A DNA stretch of 64,000 nt, from contig CM035362.1 in the NCBI GenBank assembly GCA_020137815.1, forward strand, positions 62,001 through 126,000. Reading direction: 5' to 3'. The position numbers and the translations under genes are program-made. Shown piece by piece: positions 22,621-35,473 of the stretch. The notes beneath the pieces were generated by a model. The model had not been told where the DNA came from. It saw only the letters and a list, made by a program, of their open reading frames with translations, and made no database searches. The stretch's first letter is position 1; every line of letters starts with the position of its first letter. Source of the stretch: Hormiphora californensis. Taxonomy: Eukaryota; Animalia; Ctenophora.

Positions 22621-24949
22621 ACTAGAGACAATTATCTGCCAGGAGCAACAAACGAGATGCAAATCGGTTCAGTAGTTCCTTGCAGCCAGGTCTTTGAAAA
22701 CGCTTGCTATAAAATCAATAACGGGGCGGAGGCCTGTATGTGAGATCGATCTCGGTCGCTGCGCGACCTCGATCTCACTCAGGCATCAATGTGGCCAACT
22801 TGGTTCCCATTTCTACTTCTAGTAATTTCTTTATTACCAGGTGTATTGCCATTAGCTTCGCTTGATTAATGGTGTTTTCGGGTGCAAGGGGCTCTCTGAG
22901 GATGATTTCCTGGTTATCTTATATGTAGACTATGGCTCCTGTTCGTGTCAGATATGTTGATTCTTTTTCTATTCTTGATCCATCCGTATATGCGTTTATT
23001 AGTTTGTCGTTGATCTTTTGGGCGTTCAGTTCGACGGTTATATCAATATATATATATTACCGCGAGTGCAAATATCACTCCCACTGTGCGCGACCATTTG
23101 CACGGTGAAATTTGGGTAGTATAACATACTGCCTACGGAACGTTTGAGGACACATTACGGACACATTGTGGACACATTGAGGACAGGTTGTGGACGGGTT
23201 GAGGACAGGTTGAGGACACATTATGGACAGGTTATGGACAGGTTGAGGACACATTGAGGACACATTGAGGACACATTGAGTAACGATTGCACATCAATCG
23301 TGGACACATTGAGGACACATTGAGGACACGTTGAGGACACGTTGAGGACACATTGTGGAAACATTGAGGACACATTGTGGACACATTGAGGACAGTCTGA
23401 GGACACATTGTGGACACATTGAGGACAGTCTGAGGACACATTGAGGACACGTTGAGGACACATTTGGGACAAATTTGGGGTATTAAATTTGGACGCTTCC
23501 ATTTTTCTCGTGGACACATTAAGGACACGTTGAGGACACATTGAGGACACGTTGAGGACACATTGAGGACACATTGAGGACAGTCTGAGGACACATTGTG
23601 GACACGTTGAGGACACATTGAGGACAGTCTGAGGACAGTCTGCACAATGTGTCCTCAGACGTCTGAGGACACATTGTGGACACGTTGAGGACACATTGTG
23701 GACACATTAAGGACAGTCTGAGGACACGTTGAGGACACATTGTGGACACATTGTGGACACATTTGCGTCAGTTCACAGGAGACTTTGCACTTGTGGTTCA
23801 ACTGCTGCTTAATCCGCTTCCCTATGGAGCTCTCGGGCAGGGTCCAGAAAGGCGACCTCCCTTTCTCGCTCACAGAAAGTGAGGGAGAGAGACAGAGACA
23901 GAACGAGATATATAGGGGTCAGGGGAATAGGGAGGGAAAGGTAGGGCAACCGGCCTTTCCGAATCGTGTCTCATATCGTCTAACACTCCTAATCTAATAT
24001 CGTATCGTCTCACACTGCTAATAAGGTTCCCCGAATCACATTTTATATCCCGTGTTGTCTGACAGTGCTAATAGGGCGTCCCAGAATCATGTCACATATC
24101 CACCCCCCTCATTATAATTTGTTGGTGCTTTTGTTAGTGGTGACTTGAGACGGCGCCGGGTGCACTGCACGGTATAGTCTCAGGTTACCACGATAAGTGG
24201 TCGTGACTGAAACGATAAGTGTGTGTCAGATCACCTCAACCGATTATCACGGCAACAATTGCACCATGTACTGGTTACAGGAGATCTTTATTCTTTGCAA
24301 CCGATTATCACGGTCCGACCTTACACCAATTGTACTGGTTATAGGAGAACTGTGCAACCGATTATTTGCCTAGCTAGACTGTGTTTCTGGCGCCCCGCCC
24401 CCGAAACACAAATGTAAAACACAAATGTAAAGGGAGGGTTAGAAGATAACAACCGATTATTACAATTCGACTGACCTTTTGTAACCATCTCACGTGCCTA
24501 CACCATGCACCATGAGATCTGCCTGTAGGAGATCTCTCACTCGGAGGATGGAGAGATATTCTATTCAGTAAAAAACTGGAGAAAGAATGAAACAGAGAGA
24601 AATAGAGAGAGGGTAGATAAAGACAAACCAAGTATTGTACATAATGACCATAAAATGAAATATTGGTCACTGATATGCCATGAGGCGCTCCTAGGAAAGC
24701 CCAACCACTAACAAAACCTTAACTTTAAGTGAGAGAGCTCGTACAAGCAGATCTCATAGTGTATGGCGCGATGGTTACAAAAGGTCGCATCGTGATAATC
24801 GGTTGCACGATTCTCCTGTAACCAGTAGTACAGTTCTTTTGTAACCAGTAGTACATGGTGTCATGTGGTAAGGTGTGTTGTAAATCACCCAGGGGCTTGA
24901 CGACTATAACAGTTGTGAGTCGACTGACTCAAGACCGTGTTGTGCGAAG

Positions 24950-25195
24950 GGAAGCTGTGAGATGGAGTAAATGGGAGGCAGGGAAGCTGAGAGATGGAGT
25001 AAATGGGAGGTAGGGAAGCTGAGAGATGGAGTAAATGGGAGGTAGGGAAGCTGAGAGATGGAGTAAATGGGAGGTAGGGAAGCTGTGAGATGGAGTAAAT
25101 GGGAGGTAGGGAAGGTGAGGGATGGAGTAAATGGGAGGTAGGGAAGCTGTGAGATGGAGTAAATGGGAGGTAGGGAAGCTGAGAGATGGAGTAAA
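24950..25195. repeat. 32-bp minisatellite (~8 copies) in the spacer of the foldback element
   Basis: Unit GAGATGGAGTAAATGGGAGGTAGGGAAGCTGA. Confidence 0.9.
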
Positions 25196-25775
25196 TATTT
25201 CATTTTATGGTCATTATGTACAATACTTGGTTTGTCTTTCTCTACCCTCTCTCTATTTCTCTCTGTTTCATTCTTTCTCCAGTTTTTCACTGAATAGAAT
25301 ATCTCTCCATCCTCCGAGTGAGAGATCTCCTACAGGCAGATCTCATGGTGCATGGTGTAGGCACGTGAGATGGTTACAAAAGGTCTGTCGAATTGTAATA
25401 ATCGGTTGTTATCTTCTAACCCTCCCTTTACATTTGTGTTTTACATTTGTGTTTCGGGGGCGGGGCGCCCGAAACACAGTCTAGCTAGTCAAATAATCGG
25501 TTGCAAAGATCTCCTGTAACCAGTACATGGTGCAATTGTTGCCGTGATAATCGGTTGAGGTGATCTGACACACACACTTATCGTTTCAGTCACGACCACT
25601 TATCGTGGTGACCTGAGACTATACCGTGCAGTGCACCCGGCGCCGTCTCAAGTCACCGCTAACAAAAGCACCAACAAATTATAATGAGGGGGGTGGATAT
25701 GTGACATGATTCTGGGACGCCCTATTAGCACTGTCAGACAACACGGGATATAAAATGTGATTCGGGGAACCTTAT

Positions 25776-26087
25776 AGGGATCCCTAAAAAAGTTCAGTAT
25801 TTACACAGCGTTTACACCAGTGCACTGTGATTGGCTGAAATTTCTGACGATGGAAAATTTAAGCCAATCACAGCGCAGATTTCGAAATTTTTCTTCCCAC
25901 GCTATAGCAACTCGGTAAGCGGTAAATACTCACTCGGTTCTTCACATTTTTTGGACGTTTTTGGCCATAACTCAGCCATTTCTTCCCACGCCATTTCTTC
26001 CCACGGTAGCGCGCTACCGTGGGAAAATCCGAAATGGCTTAACTGGTGTAAACTCTGTGTAAATACTGAACTTTTTTAGGGATCCCT
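25776..26087. mobile_element. MITE with AGGGATCCCTAAAAAAGTTCAGTA TIRs and apparent AT TSD
   Basis: Present only in the right arm of the foldback. The empty site in the left arm reads CCTTATTAGC, consistent with a 2-bp AT duplication. Confidence 0.75.
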
Positions 26088-27522
26088 ATTAGCAGTGTGA
26101 GACGATACGATATTAGATTAGGAGTGTTAGACGATATGAGACACGATTCGGGAAGGCCGGTTCTGTCTCTGTCTCTCTCCCTCACTTTCTGTGAGCGAGA
26201 AAGGGAGGTCGCCTTTCTGGACCCTGCCCGAGAGCTCCATAGGGAAGCGGAACAAGCAGCAGTTGAACCACAGGTGCAAAGTCTCCTGTGAATTGATGCA
26301 AATGTGTCCTCAACGTGTCCTCAGACTGTCCTTAATGTGTCCACAATGTGTCCTCAACGTGTCCTCAACGTGTCCACAATGTGTCCTCAATGTGTCCTCA
26401 ACGTGTCCACAATGTGTCCTCAGACTGTCCTCAATGTGTCCTCAACGTGTCCACAATGTGTCCTCAATGTGTCCTCAATGTGTCCTTAATGTGTCCACGA
26501 GAAAAATGGAAGCGTCCAAATCTAATACCCCAAATTTGTCTCAAATGTGTCCTCAACGTGTCCACAATGTGTCCTCAATGTGTCCTCAATGTGTCCTTAA
26601 TGTGTCCACGAGAAAAATGGAAGCGTCCAAATCTAATACCCCAAATTTGTCTCAAATGTGTCCTCAACGTGTCCACAATGTGTCCTCAACGTGTCCTCAA
26701 TGTGTCCTCAGACTGTCCTCAATGTGTCCTCAGACTGTCCTCAATGTGTCCACAATGTGTCCACAATGTGTCCTCAACGTGTCCTCAACCTGTCCTCAAT
26801 GTGTCCTCAATGTGTCCACGATTGATGTGCAATCGTTACTCAATGTGTCCTCAATGTGTCCTCAATGTGTCCTCAACCTGTCCTCAACCTGTCCACAACC
26901 TGTCCACAATGTGTCCTCAACCTGTCCTCAACATGTCCACAACCTGTCCTCAATGTGTCCACAATGTGTCCGTAATGTGTCCTCAAACGTTCCGTAGGCA
27001 GTATGTCATACTACCGAAATTTGCACTGTGAGTGTGCTTCCGAAGGAGCGTGCAAATATAGAGGTTGCGGGATATAATTAAGAAAAGTGTTCTCGCAGTG
27101 TTTTTACACACAAACACACAAAATATGACTGACAAGGTACTACACAACACATTTCACACTCACTCTTCCTCTTTCTCTAATTATCCCCTTATCACGTTTT
27201 GTTGGTTGCTATTTCCAAGAATTCCAATATCCCTCTCTTGTATCTCTCTCTTTATCTCTCTCTTCATTCCATTGTTAAAGAGTGTCAAAACTATTGTGTG
27301 TAAGAGTTGCAGTAACAGTGCAACCCTCCAGAAGAATAAGATCAGAACGTGCGCACACTAGGTGTTGATGATCATAATGTTCCGCACACTGCAGTTTTTT
27401 GCAGATGATGATGATCAAAACCATGAGCACACTTCATCTTTTTAACTGATTATGATCATCACGATCAGTATGCTTATAGCCTAACTTATTTACTGGTACA
27501 TCTCTCGAGGTGTCCTTTATCC

Positions 27523-27728
27523 GGTGAGCGGACTCTAGTGCTAAAATCACGAAAAGCGAACTCGAGATTTCGGCCGGAAACGAGAGTTTGCTGTTCCTCT
27601 ATACTCGTTTAGAAGTGGTAGGGCTGTTATTTGGGTTCGAGATTAGGGTTAGTGTAATGGTTAGAGTTAGATATAGAGTCCTCCTTGGGTTTAGATATAG
27701 AGTCCGTTAGCACTAGAGTCCGCCCACC
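27523..27728. mobile_element. Mutator-like MITE (same family as 8172-8386)
   Basis: 9-bp TSD CCTTTATCC; GG...CC termini. Confidence 0.85.
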
Positions 27729-27856
27729 CCTTTATCCATACTGAGTCAATTTCACCGTTTTTGAAATTTTTGGCTAATTCGGTCACAGTTGTCCCAATTC
27801 ACCAAAATTTTTAAGAACGGTGAAATTGACTCGGTATGGATAAAGGACACCTCGAG

Positions 27857-29519
27857 GGCAATTTCTGATTTGCCGCATACGGCGTCGCAACGCCGTCTAG
27901 ACGGCGTCTAGACGGTATACCGTCTGGACGGGTTTCGGTGAAATCAGCTAAAAACGGTACCGAAATTGCTTGAGACGGGTTATAGACGGTATCAGACGGT
28001 CTCTAGACGGGTTATAGACGGTATCAGACGGTGTTGCGACGGTATCAGACGGTCTCTAGACGGTGTCTAGACGGTACCGTCCCGGCGTCTGGACGGCGTC
28101 TGGACGGTGTCTAGACGGTATCCGTCCGAAGTTGAGACGGCACGTCTGAAAATTGTACCAGACGTTGAGACGGACTTTTAGAACTCCGTCTATCAGTGCT
28201 GCTTGCAGTCAAAATACGGTAACGCAAAATACAGTAAGGAGCCGCGCACGGTGCATAACGCGCAGCAAAAAGTTCATGTGTCAGCACGTACTAGCGCCCT
28301 GATTGGTCACGGTTGCGCGTCGTCTTACTGTATCTTCGTTTTCCATTACCGTTTTCCCACTACAAGCGACCGTGTATATTTCAGACGGAGTTTTAAAAGT
28401 ACGTCTCAACGCAGTCTAAAGGAAAATCGATGAAAGTACCGTCTAGACAACGTCTCAACTGAAACCGGTCAACATACCGTCTAAACAACGTCTAGACAAC
28501 GTCTAAACAGAATCTCGCGATTCAGTTTCAAATACCGTCTAGACAAGTTCTCCAGCAATTTCGATAAGAATACCTTCTAAACAACGTCTAGACAACGTCT
28601 CAAATAATGATGTCTAGACTCGACCGTTTTCGAAGACCATTCTGGATTACCCATGCCAGTTGGAATTAGTGGTAGATGTGTGCCTATTGAATGAAAATTA
28701 CACATGTGTTTAACCAGCACAGTCGTACCGCGATGCTCGGGGACGGGAAAGGGGTTATCCTCCCGGTAATTTTCGTACCCAACTTCTTACATTCAACCAA
28801 ACTGTTTTGGTATCTCCACATTCACTCTTACATCCAGCTATCGCGTTGTAATACAACTGTGAGATACTGTCTATGGCTGATACTATCAGTGATAGATAGT
28901 GTCGGTTATGAGATGTTGTTTAGACGGTATCTGTATCGGATTCGCTTAAGACGTTGTCTAGACGTTGTTTAGACGGTATTCGTATCGAAATTGCTGGAGA
29001 AGTTGTCTAGACGGTATTTGAAACTGAATCGCGAGATTCTGTTTAGACGTTGTCTAGACGTTGTTTAGACGGTATGTTGACCGGTTTCAGTTGAGACGTT
29101 GTCTAGACGGTACTTTCATCGATTTTCCTTTAGACTGCGTTGAGACGTACTTTTAAAACTCCGTCTGAAATACAGACGGAGTTCTAAAAGTCCGTCTCAA
29201 CGTCTGGTACAATTTTCAGACGTGCCGTCTCAACTTCGGACGGATACCGTCTAGACACCGTCCAGACGCCGTCCAGACGCCGGGACGGTACCGTCTAGAC
29301 ACCGTCTAGAGACCGTCTGATACCGTCGCAACACCGTCTGATACCGTCTATAACCCGTCTAGAGACCGTCTGATACCGTCTATAACCCGTCTCAAGCAAT
29401 TTCGGTACCGTTTTTAGCTGATTTCACCGAAACCCGTCCAGACGGTATACCGTCTAGACACCGTCTAGACGGCGTTGCGACGCCGTCTAGACGCCGTATG
29501 CGGCAAATCAGAAATTGCC
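27857..29519. mobile_element. Mutator/Foldback-like element with long TIRs made of GACGG/TCTAGA subrepeats
   Basis: TIR GGCAATTTCTGATTTGCCGCATACGGCGTC; 9-bp TSD CACCTCGAG at 27848-27856 and 29520-29528. Confidence 0.88.
28194..28374. mobile_element. ~180-bp element with imperfect TIRs CAGTGCTGCTTG(C/T)AGT...ACTACAAGCGACCGTG, usually at TA sites
   Basis: Present in only one arm of 27857-29519; further copies at ~33929-34109, 38935-39114 and a tail-to-tail pair at ~40548-40922. Confidence 0.8.
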
Positions 29520-30785
29520 CACCTCGAGAGATGTACCAGTAAATAAGTTAGCCACTTACAAATGATTTCTCAGCCGAAAATTGGTTTTCGCGAAACTTCG
29601 AACTTCGAACTTCAGTGTGTGTCGCGAGGTTGAGAGTTGAACGAGCGCGCCCAACTTCAGTGTGTCTCGCCCCTATTGCAGCATCACATATATCGGAACA
29701 ACAGGTAGAGCAATGGACCCAACTCATTTTGATTGATAATTCTTATCATTTTATCAGATCAGATGTTGAACGCTCATAGCACAACGGTACTGCACAGTCG
29801 ACAGTGTAGCTACAGGAGTTATAAAGATCTTGAGAGGGAGTATTTATCTGTTGTATGCAATGTAAAAGATCAAGAGGAGGATGAAGCGGTAGTTGATACA
29901 CAGGCAGAGGTAGGTACCCATCTCAGTATCTGGCGGCACCGCAGTGTGCGGACCATTTTGATGCATGGTCATCATCCAGCCGGCTCTGGGGCTAACTTTA
30001 TGATCAACAACTAGTGTGCGTTCTGGTGACCTGTAGTCATGTGATATGTACCACGTGATATGATTATGTACCTCTGAGAGGCTGTGATATGCGACAGCCT
30101 CTCAGAGCGTGCGACTCGCAAGGGGGAGAGATCATCATGTCAACAGGAAGTGGGTCAAAATTGACACTGAAGTCAAACCTATAATCTGGCTTCCGAGAGT
30201 TTCTGCACTACGCCCATGCGATTTAGAAGATATTGGGAGATATGTTGATGCAATTAGCATCAGCTATTAATGCGGGGTATTTTCCATTACTCACAAGAGT
30301 TCAACCTATCTTCTGATACCCTCAGATTCATTCTACACCGTCTGAGAGTGGTGCAAAAGGCTCGGAAGCCAGATTATAGATTTGACTTCAGTGTCAATTT
30401 TGACCCACTTCCTGTTGAAAGAAAAACTTCTCGGGTATTTTCCAGTATATTAGGATCAATTTTTAGTCTTTTGCGACAAACCGGATGCAAATCGGTCCAG
30501 TGGATCGCGTGTAACATCCCTTGAAAGACACGACCCTTTTTTAGGGGGCGGAGCCGACAACTAAAGTACTCCCCAAACTACTATGTCCCTCACTCGGGTT
30601 TTGTGAAATTTCCCACGGTCATAATTCCACTCCCTGATGAGATAAAGATTTGAAATTTGTTTTGTAGGAAGAACTCGACATGATCTCCTCACAAAACAAA
30701 TTTCAAGTCTCTATCTCATCAGGGGGTGGAGCTATGGCTGTCTAAAATCCGGTCGCGCGCAGCAAGGGACATAATTGGGAGGACC

Positions 30786-32325
30786 GGCAATTTTGCATTT
30801 GCGGGCATCGCACTATAGACGCAATACCCACGTACTATAAACGCATTATAAACGCATTATAGACGCATTATAGACACACGAAATATAGACGCAATTTTGT
30901 AAGCAGCACTATAGACGCAATATAGACGCATTATAACAGCAATTTAAACGCATTTTTATAAACGCGACGCAGTATAGCCGCATTATAGGCGCACTACCCA
31001 CCCCAAAATCACCTTATAGACGCACTATAGACGCATTATAGACTGACTATAGCAGCACCATAAACGCTACATAGACCCATATAGACGCATGATAGAAGCA
31101 TTATAGACGCAAATTGCTTTTTATAGACGCCGCGTCTATAAAAAACGTGCTTTTTTAAGAAGCACTATAGACGTACTCAGACGCAAGCTGCCATATGTGA
31201 GGCGCAGTTGGGCGAACTATAAACGAATTTTTGTCGCATATAAAAGGAAGCAGTATAGACGCATTATAGACGCATTATAGCCGTATGTGTGCGAAATCGA
31301 TAAAGACGCAATATAGACGCAAAATAAAAAGGAGAGGGAGAGAGAGGGAGGGAGGGAGGGAGAGGGAAGGAGAGGGAAAGAGAGGGAGGGACTGAGGGAG
31401 GGGTACAGGGACAGAAACAGACGGATAAAGACCTGAGACAGAAGGACAGAGTAAGATGGAAAGAGAGTAAGATGGAAAGATAGTTATATAGGGACGGAGT
31501 GAGACAGAAAAAGAGTGAGACAGAAAAAGACAGAGATGGAAACAATCGGACAGAGACAGACGGACGGACAAACACGCGCTTACTATCTCCCTCTCTGTCT
31601 CACTCTCTCTCTCCACTCTCCACCTTAATCTCTCTCCACCTTACTCTGTCCGTCTGTCTCAGATCTGTGTCCATCTGTCTCTGTCTGATCTGTCTCTATA
31701 TCCCTGATCCCTCTTTCCCTCTCGATCTCATTCCCTCTCCCTCCCTCCCTCCCTCCCTCCCTCCCTCCCTCTAGTCTCTCCCCCTCTCCTTCTTGTTAAT
31801 TGCGTCTATATTGCGTCTTTATCGATTTCGCGCACATGCGTCTATAATGCGTCTATACTGCTTCCTTTTATATGCGACAAAAATGCGTTTATAGTTCGCC
31901 CAACTGCGCCTCACATATGGCAGCTTGCGTCTGAGTACGTCTATAGTGCTTCTTAAAAAAGCACGTTTTTTATAGACGCGGCGTCTATAAAAAGCAATTT
32001 GCGTCTATAATGCTTCTATCATGCGTCTATATGGGTCTATGTAGCGTTTATGGTGCTGCTATAGTCAGTCTATAATGCGTCTATAGTGCGTCTATAAGGT
32101 GATTTGGGGGTGGGTAGTGCTCCTATAATGCGGCTATACTGCGTCGCGTCTATAAAAATGCGTTTATATTGCTAATATAATGCGTCTATATTGCTTCTAT
32201 AGTGCTGCTTACGAAATTGCGTCTATATTGCGTGTGTCTATAATGCGTCTATAATGCGTTTATAATGCGTCTATAGTACGTGGGTACTGCGTCTATAGTG
32301 CGATGCCCGCAAATGCAAAATTGCC
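30786..32325. mobile_element. Mutator/Foldback-like element with TATAGACGCA subrepeats
   Basis: TIR GGCAATTTTGCATTTGCGGGCATCGCACTATAGACGCA; 9-bp TSD GGGAGGACC at 30777-30785 and 32326-32334. Confidence 0.88.
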
Positions 32326-32337
32326 GGGAGGACCTAT

Positions 32338-32979
32338 GGTCTATCGTCCTGAAAGGGTTAAAGACGTATTATATTACCGACAGACGTACTAAAGACGTAG
32401 TATAGACGCATCATAAACATATGAAGCAAAAGAATTTGGTGAGACGTATTATAGACACATTTTCAAAAAGTTTCGTTGGGATGGCGTCTTTGAAACGTCT
32501 TAAATTGCCGATAGTGCGTCTTGCTGTCAGGCCAATGCTCTGACCACAGTTCTCGCGCGCTTATTTGAGAGAAGCGAGAATGGGTCAGGCCAATGCTCTG
32601 ACAGGCGTCTTGCAAGATCTCGGGCAATGAGGTTTTGTTGGAACTTAGCGTCTATAAGTACGTCTATAGTACGTCTGATACGTCTTTACTACGTCTAGTG
32701 CGTCTATTATAGTACGTCTATAATACGTTTTTGTGGTCGTTAAGGCGTCTACTACGTCTACTACGTCTATATACTTGGCTCCGTTGCAACCTATTCTCGC
32801 CTATGTGAGATCGATCTCACTAAGGCATCAATGTGGCCAACGTCTATACCCACTACGTCTTTAGTTAGTTAGTACGACTTGCGTAAGTCTGTCGGAAATA
32901 CGTCTGTCGGTTAAACTTCTATAATACGTCTATAATACGTCGCTATACTACGTCTATACTCCGACTCCCGCATTATTCC
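32338..32979. mobile_element. Mutator-like element with GG...CC ends, weak TIRs and AGACGTA/TACGTCT subrepeats
   Basis: 9-bp direct repeat AGGACCTAT at 32329-32337 and 32980-32988. Confidence 0.65.
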
Positions 32980-33653
32980 AGGACCTATTGGCATGCGGAG
33001 GGGCTGATAATGATTTGTCAATGGCAGGCTCCGTGAAGAGGATTTCAAAACGGCTAAGAAAGATGCTAACAGCAGTGAACCTGGGATCTGATTCAGAACG
33101 GTAACTACATATTACACCTCTTTCTTGGAATATATACTAATATAATATAATATGTTATATAAGTCTAATGGACTCCATGTCTAAACCAGAAGCGGACTCT
33201 ATAACCCATTAAGCCCTGTCAGAGCATTGGCCTGACCCTATTCTCATTTCGCGCGAGAACTGTGGTCAGAGCATTGGCCTGACAGATTAAGCCAAAAAAC
33301 TAATTGAAATTAGTTGGCGGGAAAGGTGGCCCACTACACCTTTTGCTGCTGCCGGGTATCACCACGACATCCCTCGGTATCTCAATCTCTAATTTTTCGA
33401 GGGTAATTTATTCCTGTTCGTTCTATCCCTCTCTCTGTCTCTGTCTCTGTCTCTGTATCTGTCTAGTGTCTCTGTCTCGGTCCACTACACGCACCACTCG
33501 CGCATGGGGCCGTAAGGTCCCATGCGAGAGCAGGGTTAAATCCCCCGAGCCCGGATCATGTTGGATCTGAGGGCCCGGAGGGCCTGCGGAGTAAAGGTAG
33601 GTAGAACAATGTACATAATTGGGTAAGTTGAACAATGTACATATGGGTTAAAG

Positions 33654-34417
33654 GGTGGGCGGACTCTAGTGCTAACGGACTCTTTATCTAAATCGAAGGC
33701 GGACTCTATATCTAAAAACGGACTCTTTATCTACAGTTAGATTTTGAAAAAAGTTTAGATAAAGAGTCCTCCCTGTGTAGACTTTTTAGATAAAGAGTCC
33801 GCCCTGTGTAGAATTTTTAGATATAGAGTCCTCTAGTACATTTTGGCGCCAAATCCTCCAACCCGGACTCTATGTCTAAAATCCTAACCCAACCCAAAAC
33901 CTAACCCTAACACTAACCCTAACCCTAACACGGTCGCTTGTAGTGGGAAAACGGTAATGGAAAACTGAGATACAGTAAGACGACGCGCAACCGTGGCCAA
34001 TCAGGGCGCTAGTACGTGCTGAACACATGTACTTTTTGCCACGCGTTATGCAACGTGCGCGTCTCCTTACTGTATTTCTATTGCGGTAATATGACTACAA
34101 GCAGCACTGTAACCTCGAACCCAAATAACGGCCCTAACACTTCTAAATTAGTATAGGGGTAGAGCAAACTCTCGTTTCCGGCCTAACGGCCGAAATCTCG
34201 AGTTCGCGGCGAAAGGCGGACTCTATATCTAATTTAGATTTATGTAGATATAGAGTCCACTTTGTTTAGACTTTTTAGATAAGGAGTCCGCCCTGTGTAG
34301 ACTTTTTAGATATAGAGTCCTCCTAGAGTTTAGACTTATTTGGACTCTTTATCTAAATCTAAATTTAGATATAGAGTCCACTGTAGACTTAGAGTGTAGC
34401 ACTACAGTCCGCACACC
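33654..34417. mobile_element. Long member of the GGTGGGCGGACTCTAGTGCTA Mutator-like family with a nested 180-bp element
   Basis: 9-bp TSD GGGTTAAAG at 33645-33653 and 34418-34426. Confidence 0.8.
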
Positions 34418-34432
34418 GGGTTAAAGTAAGGG

Positions 34433-34476
<44 letters not shown>

Positions 34477-35473
34477 GCGCGTATGGCCTTAGCAATTTTG
34501 TACTATACTGGTTCCTAGGTTGCCTGCCGCGATACGACGGCCCGATATCTTGGCAATGTGGGGCAACATTGCAAACGAACTGAAGGAAATGTTACCTAGT
34601 CATACATCAACAAGGTACTTCAAGAATTTCCTTTTTAAGTTTGTACTACAAACATAAAAATGAAATACAAATTTATAATGCCAATTACATAATGCAAATA
34701 TCATTGAACCCAGCTCTGTTTTTGTTCCCACTCCCGGCTGTCTGCCAGCCCACCTGATCTGCTCTTTCTGAATCAAAACGGGCCGGTCCTATAACATCAT
34801 ACCAAGTCTCCCACCCCTTACTCAACCCCCCGGCCCCCCTTTCAGGCAAAACAGCATCTCTTCTGAAGTCTGAACATGTTACGATCCTGCGCCGCCTTCT
34901 ATTAGTAGTCCTTGTGTGGTTGACATTGGCAGTGTACGTTCCGATCTGTCTGGCGCTGCAGACCCCATCTGAGCCAGACAGGTTCCGATCTAGGCGACGA
35001 ATCAACCAAACCCATCGTGCCCGGGGGGATGTACCGTCTTAAATGAAGACAAGAATCGTCTCGGACAAGACCAAAAATACAGTGTTTTACAACGTGCAAA
35101 AGATTAGTGGAAAAAAGAGTACACAATTATCGGTTTTATACCGCTCTACTTTTCTGAAACTGTTTAACATTTCGAATATAATTAATCAATGGTAAAATCA
35201 GATACTTCGTTTTATTAGGAGAAAGTTCCATAGATCCTAATTTTCTAAAACTAATTATTACCAACGGTTGTAATTATAATGTTCCATGATCTTTAACAAA
35301 AGTTAAACTTTTCCCCTGCCCGGCCCAGGTGAATGCCGAAGGCATTCACCCGGATGATCTTTTTAGCACACACGTGCTAAAAATATCATTCAGGGTTTAG
35401 AAATCAGCAGATGGTGGAGCTAACTAAAAGTTAGTAGAGGGGTTGTAGCACCGGGAGGTAATGAGTAAACACA

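Larger units (their letters stand above)
23101..27030. mobile_element. ~3.9-kb foldback element: long inverted arms with 11-bp GAGGACACATT arrays and CAC(A/G)GTG termini
   Basis: 23101-~24670 is the reverse complement of ~25195-27030 apart from one insertion. The CPQCV-rich ORFs in the track come from the 11-mer array. No TSD seen. Confidence 0.8.

Noticed and set aside
23075-27031. Cys-rich CPQCV/CPQRV ORFs resembling metallothionein or zinc-finger proteins
   Set aside because: Produced by the 11-bp GAGGACACATT array in several frames and in both inverted arms.
34685-35126. Non-repetitive-looking stretch with 106- and 74-aa ORFs
   Set aside because: No recognisable motif, non-ATG starts and no splice-consistent model found; left unannotated.
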